Source: Bugula neritina (lineage: Eukaryota > Animalia > Bryozoa). Taken from it: 64,000 nt of DNA. Shown here in pieces: positions 58,421 through 64,000 of this stretch. The stretch is taken from positions 4,046,707 to 4,110,706 of the forward strand of contig OZ037767.1 of NCBI GenBank assembly GCA_964035545.1, given 5' to 3'. Both the position numbers and the translations under genes were made by a program. The notes below the pieces were generated by a model. It worked only from the letters and a program-made list of their open reading frames with translations, was not told where the DNA came from and made no database searches. Within the stretch, counting starts at the first letter, position 1. Each line of letters opens with the position of its first letter.

Positions 58421-58849
58421 TCTCAAGTGTCATGTGCACTACTTGTTACAAAAGGATCAAAGACTAGAATGTGTCATTGTACTATCATGATGTCATATAG
58501 GCATCAAAAGATGTCACTCCTTCCTATACTCTCTATCAGGAGAGATAGACAAAAGTATATTCTAGTTGAAGAAACACAAAGTCAACAACCTAATGCAATG
58601 AATAACAAGATAAGGGTATAATATATTCCCTTGCTATATATTATCATGACGTAACTACAATGAAGAATTATCCAACACAGAAAAGAAGGGGTACACCAAA
58701 GTTAAGGTATAGTGTTGCAATACTTTTGAAACATTTTTTACAAAAAAACTTAATAGATTACGTGAGGATCAAAGACTGAATGTAATTATTCCTCAGAGAA
58801 AATATATTAAAAAAAACTTAGACAGAACAAAACCAAATGATGCTCAACT

Positions 58850-60000
58850 CGCAAGTTCAACATACTCTTGCAAAAACTGCTGTCAAAGCAAAGCAGAAGT
58901 TATGGTCTCTTTCAACAAAACAATCAAGTTTTCTAAACCAATCAAAAGCTAAAAAAAAGATCATTAGCCTAAACTTGCACTATGCTTTATAACCAGAGTC
59001 AAAGTGATTGTATATTGCCTTACTACATTAGTAACACTTCTCCCAAAATGTAATCATATGTCATATGTTTTGTTACAATAGTTGTGAACAAGACTGTGAC
59101 GATGCGTGAACCTATTCCACAGCGTTGTGCATTCTTCTTAAAGAGGAGGGAACTTGTCAACACTTTTTTTAGGGAATTATTTAAAATTTTACCCTATGCT
59201 ATCAACTATAGAAACTGAAATCGATTTTACCAAAAAGTGAAAAACACTGCATTAGCATAACCATACAAAATGCATTATTTAATCGCAAAAGATATTATTT
59301 TTGTTTGCAAAATCTTAAAAAATAAAGTCAGACTATGTTTAATTTGCCAGTTCAGCATACGCTTTACTGTCTCTTGAAACAAAATCGATCAAGTTTTTCA
59401 AGCAATCCAAAAGCTGACAAAAAATAGCCTAAGCTATCTTTCACATAAAAGAATCACAATGACTGCATTGCTTTATATAAATCACACTTTCTCTAAAGTT
59501 ACTGCACGTCATGGTTTGTTACAGCAGTTTAGAGAAGGAATTTAATCATTAAGTGCAGCCACTGAGCTGCAATATGATGCAGTTTACCAAAAAAAGAAGT
59601 AAAAATCACTGGCAGACATATATTGTAATCCATGACTTTCTAATTTTTTATTAGCTGTAAAGTTACCTTTATACCTTCATGATTTATTCAGGAATAAACT
59701 TGTTTACGAAGGTGGCTAGAAAATTTAATGAAAGCTTACCCACGCGAGAATAAAATTAATGTTAAAGTATGAATAGCCAAATTATTTTTAGAAGAAAAAG
59801 GAATATGTTATTTTTAAAATTCAGGCAGACAAGTGTATAGCTTTCACTAATTACAGCATACGCTTCAAAAACACATCTTTGATAAGGATTATTCAACAAA
59901 ATACAAAGAAAGCTGCAGCAATCTAATTTTAGAGAATAATGGGTTACTGTGGTTAAGATCAAGTGTGCTAAATTATACCCAACAAACACATTTTAGAAAA
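58850..60000 (-). pseudogene. Heavily decayed LRR-like coding relic
   Basis: Short peptides TLVCLNFKNN, AFGLLEKLDRF, AFDWFRKLDCF; no continuous frame. Confidence 0.3.
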
Positions 60001-60339
60001 TAGGGCTAAATTTAAGAGCTATAAAAGTAAAAATAACTGAGAGCACGCAAAGTGAAATAGAATGCACTTCTAACTAGTTAGAAAGCGTTTAATACAGGGA
60101 TGCAAAATTACTGTATGCACCCAACACAGAGATTCTGCGTAAAATACATCACTGTAGCATATAAAGAGTAATACATTTGTACATATATCCAAAAAAATTA
60201 TACTCCTATAAAATATTATTAAAATAAAAGTATATCAATTTGTGCATTACTAATTACATGATAAGTTAAACTTATACATACAAATACTTATACTTTGAGC
60301 AATTAGCACAACTGATATTTTTTTATAGGCCTGCATCAC

Positions 60340-60390
60340 GGTGAGAAAACCCCTGATGGAAGGGGTTTTGGGTAAACCAAGCTAAAGATT
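60340..60390 (-). mobile_element. Truncated third SINE copy
   Basis: gtgagaaaacccctgatggaaggggttttgggtaaaccaagctaaaga matches 35810-35857. Confidence 0.55.
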
Positions 60391-60404
60391 TCAACTAATA
60401 CTTA

Positions 60405-60670
60405 AGGATTCCCGGCAATCAAATAAAGATTCTCACCCAGACTCTGAACCAGATCTTCCCAGGGTCTCCAGCTAGAGACACGACTTGACTCAAGGCTGGC
60501 GGATCACCTACTGAATATATCGCTGTCGCTATAGCATAATATGTCACCGGCACACTATTTCTTGGAAAACGTCTCGTTAGATTTGAGAAACGCCTGTCAG
60601 AGCTCGGTACACGTAACACCAGAACACGATGTCTACAAAATGGTTGGTTAGTATCAAACTCTAGACATCA
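60405..60670 (+). mobile_element. Possible Penelope-like GIY-YIG endonuclease fragment
   Basis: GC-rich island; broken frames give YSIICHRH...KTSR*/FEKRLSEL, resembling VY.I.C..C...YIG.T.R.L..RL.EH. Confidence 0.3.
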
Positions 60671-61279
60671 TTGAGACATATTAATTATTATTTTTTTAAG
60701 GTCAACAATTTTCAATATTGCATACAAGATATTTATTGTCGACATTTAAAAATCAATTAAGTTTAATTTAAAAATTTACCAACCATTAGTCGAAGCAAAG
60801 AAAAATCATGTTGAGTTGATATAGATTATAAATTTTTCAGAGCTAATATTTTTAATTTTCAAGAGTTAAACTTATTGTAGTAGGTAACTTAAAGTTAATT
60901 TAATCGTAATGTATTGTATATCACATTTATACATTATTAAATAATTACTACAAGCTAGCTAAGTTTTTGATATAAATTTAAACATATATGTTTAATGTAT
61001 CAACTATTTAATCATTTGAATGATGTCTTAATTACTTGCGATTTCTTTTACTCTAATTTGTATGCTTTTCCAAAAATTGTTTTCTAAAAAATATAAAATT
61101 TGGCTGGAAACTTATGTAGCACATCTATTATAGTCAACATATTTCCAACAGTAAAATATGCTTTGTATATTAATTAAGCTCGTGAATATGACAAATGACA
61201 AAAATGAGTTTTAAGTTTGCTATATTTTTGATTATTGATTATTGAATTTAAAATTAAACACTACAGTATTATTATAACT

Positions 61280-63420
61280 ACATATTATGTTGTTAGATTG
61301 ACTATATTTAAAATAAAGAAAATTCTTGTAAACCTGCACAAAAAAGAGTTAGAGTGAGTTATCATACTGATAGAAGATATCATATCTACCAAATTATTAA
61401 TATAAACTTCTACTAGTTGTGTAACATATGAAATAGTAGCAGACATTATTTTGTTACTAATATTATCACTTACCAATAAACTAGTTAAAGTTTCTCATTC
61501 TTCCACCACATCTGCTCCAACTTCAGTTCACTAGTCAGTTTGACTCAAATATTTACTGAGTCAGTTCTCACAGTTCATCAACATACTAGATCCATGTCTG
61601 ATCATGTGACTCCTCACATACCTGGTGGTACCTGTGTGATAATCAAAAGCTACATTTAAACTATTATATACTATTTGTCTGGACCCTAATTCTTGTGGTA
61701 CAGTGATGAAGTTAAAGAACTTCACATTACCAACTATGTTTATCTTAGTGACTGTGTTTATCATTCTGATTACTGCATGTCATGTTTGCTGAGTATATAT
61801 GGAGCTTGATATTGCTTTTATCTCCTGTATCATTCATTTACAACACATGCCAAACACAACATTTTAATACTTTAGTTTCTTAGTATTTGGATGCATTCCA
61901 GTGTTCTGTACAAAAAGGTCCCTTTTTTATTACCTCTTGCAATTTATACCTTGTTCTAGACAAATTTGAAAAAATGTTACCTGATTTGTCATGTTGATTA
62001 TGTGGAATTTTTAAATTTTTACGCACATTTCTGGTCAACAGGGGTTCACATATGTTATGTTGATATTCCCTGGTAACTCCCAAGTTATTCAAGAAGTTGA
62101 AGGTCTGCAGTTTGGTTCTCACTAAGGCAACAATTTCTGCAACACGGCATATTTGAATTTATGTTTTTCTTGCTGGATATATTATTACGTTAGATTTTGC
62201 TATAGGTTCAGCTTTTATAAAACAATTTGCTCCATGATTTTTTAGTTCTGTAATGTAATCAGCATTTGTCAGAGTGATGGTAAGAAGTTGCAGTCAAAGA
62301 TGCCAGTAGCTGTGGTATTACCTACTATTTTTTTCTGTTTCAAACCCAAAATACACCCCTAACTGTCCCCAATGGCTGCAAACTCCTGGTCAGACACTAT
62401 TCTAGACATATATACCTAACTGTAGATCCGTAACTCTAGTAAATAATCAGCTTTTTATTTTGTTTAAATCAACTAAGACTCTTTTGCTCTTTTGCCGTAG
62501 TAAAAATGTTACAGTTAGTCTGTGAATTTTCCTGTAAGAAATTTTTAAAATGTCAGCATAGAATATTTTTGTTATGTTATGTTTGCAGTTTGATAGCTAC
62601 ATGGTAAGTGTAGTCAGTTTTGTTATATGCTAACATTTTTTATGCTGCTTTAAATATTTCCTGCCTGCTGTTTTACCGTAAAGAGTCATTTACCATTTAA
62701 AGGTAGCTATAGCTATATATAATAATTTCCTCGCAATTTATTCCGATAAATTCAATGCTATAAAAAACACATTTCATTCATTAAATATATGTTCAGTAAC
62801 CCAATAGAAAGGTGCAGCTTACACTATAAAAATACAATGCCACGGCACTGGCACATTATATACTTTAGGGGTTAAACTGTAAAAAACAGCTGAAAATCAT
62901 AATTTCCTTTAATGGTATTTTGACAGCTTTAGATAGGCTGAGAATTTGAGAACTGACACAAATAGCAACTGCCTTTGCAGGCTTTCTGTAACGTCTTTAT
63001 TCCTCATGCTTAGACATTCTTTTTTGTCTACCAGCTTTTCTACCAGCTTAAACGTGAGCCGTTTAAAGAGAATATTCATAGTTAAGCCTACCTGATTTCA
63101 AATATAGTTGAATTACTTTAAAATGTAAGTCCTGAGTACCGATAGAAAGGGTGAGATATGTTCCAGTAATAAAAAAATTTAGAAATCAGTTTAGTAAAGT
63201 TCACTTTCCTTAAAGTTTCACTCCTTACTTAAAATTCTCATCTCACTTTCAGTTGGAAGAGCATAAGATTAGCAGGAAGTCCTCTGATCTCTTAATGTAT
63301 TTTGTAAACACCTATTTGCTAATTTATGTAAAGACAACTCCACCTTATTCCTACATCGAATGCAGGTATACAAGTATTCAATCCCGACTAGCTTCGCTAT
63401 TGTGCATATGGACCCTCATC
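61280..63420 (-). pseudogene. Decayed LRR coding relic(s)
   Basis: GLPANLMLFQLKV, ETLRKVNFTKL (~63200-63290); KLQTFNFLNN, NIFSNLS..KLQEV, VTKINIVGN..ITVPQEL, TLTSLLVSDN, TQLVEVYINN (62120-61290), with stops and frameshifts. Confidence 0.45.
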
Positions 63421-64000
63421 GCTGATTTTTTTCTATTTTTCAACTTATGACATAAACTACTATTTGATGAAAATACAAACAAACAAACAAACAAATCACA
63501 TAAAACTATTTTACCAATATTTCTTACGTGAAATGTATTGTATTCATTTTCTACAAATCAGGATGAAATAAAAACAGATCAAGTTATTTAATTTAGCATC
63601 AAATTTGATAGAATTTTAAAAAAAGTAAATTTTTTACAGCAACTGAAAGCGAAAAGCTATTTCAGTAAAATCATAATTAGTGTTGAGCTATTGTAATTTT
63701 TATTGAAAGCTTTTAACCATGTAATTTATTCAGCACACTGGATTTCAGCATTTTGCCCCTTTATAAAAATGTGACCTCCCACCACAAAACAGGGACCGTT
63801 TGTCAGAATTTCAAAATTAAGTTATAAGTATAGAATTATAGAGCAAATCTTTGCAATCGTTTTGCAATTTATTTGAAGTCTCTTGTACAAATACAACTCA
63901 AGGTATTGATATTCAAAAGCCTTGGCGTTTTTAAAACAGTCAATTCACGTTTTTGAGAAATCCGCTTTTAAAATAAGCAAGTCAGGAATAATTTATGGAT

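Overview
AT-rich, intron-containing animal DNA (GT-AG introns, TA microsatellites, a tRNA-derived SINE, a Tc1 relic); an invertebrate source is likely but the taxon cannot be fixed from sequence. The ORF track is almost entirely uninformative, so exons were assembled by hand from splice sites and frame continuity. Left half: two inverted, convergent paralogues of a receptor-type protein tyrosine phosphatase (RPTP). Copy A (+, 355-6373) is the last 10 coding exons only. Copy B (-, 34045-18251) is complete: 25 coding exons, about 1259 aa, signal peptide, PAN/apple x2, an unclassified beta-rich domain, FN3-like x2, TM, PTP D1, PTP D2. Between them lies an intact + strand LRR-only gene (9940-15896, about 491 aa) with an N-myristoylation motif, six symmetric 144/147-nt two-LRR exons and a ROCO-type LRR cap but no Roc domain. 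A minimal type I hammerhead ribozyme sits in a TA microsatellite at 7174-7218, and a 23-bp minisatellite made from a real splice donor fills part of an RPTP intron. Right half (36-64 kb): no intact gene found. It holds decayed LRR exons on both strands, about 10 tandem Roc-like P-loop modules, duplicated two-disulfide Kunitz exons and TE relics. Overall it looks like a birth-and-death cluster of candidate recognition/immune signalling genes (inference).
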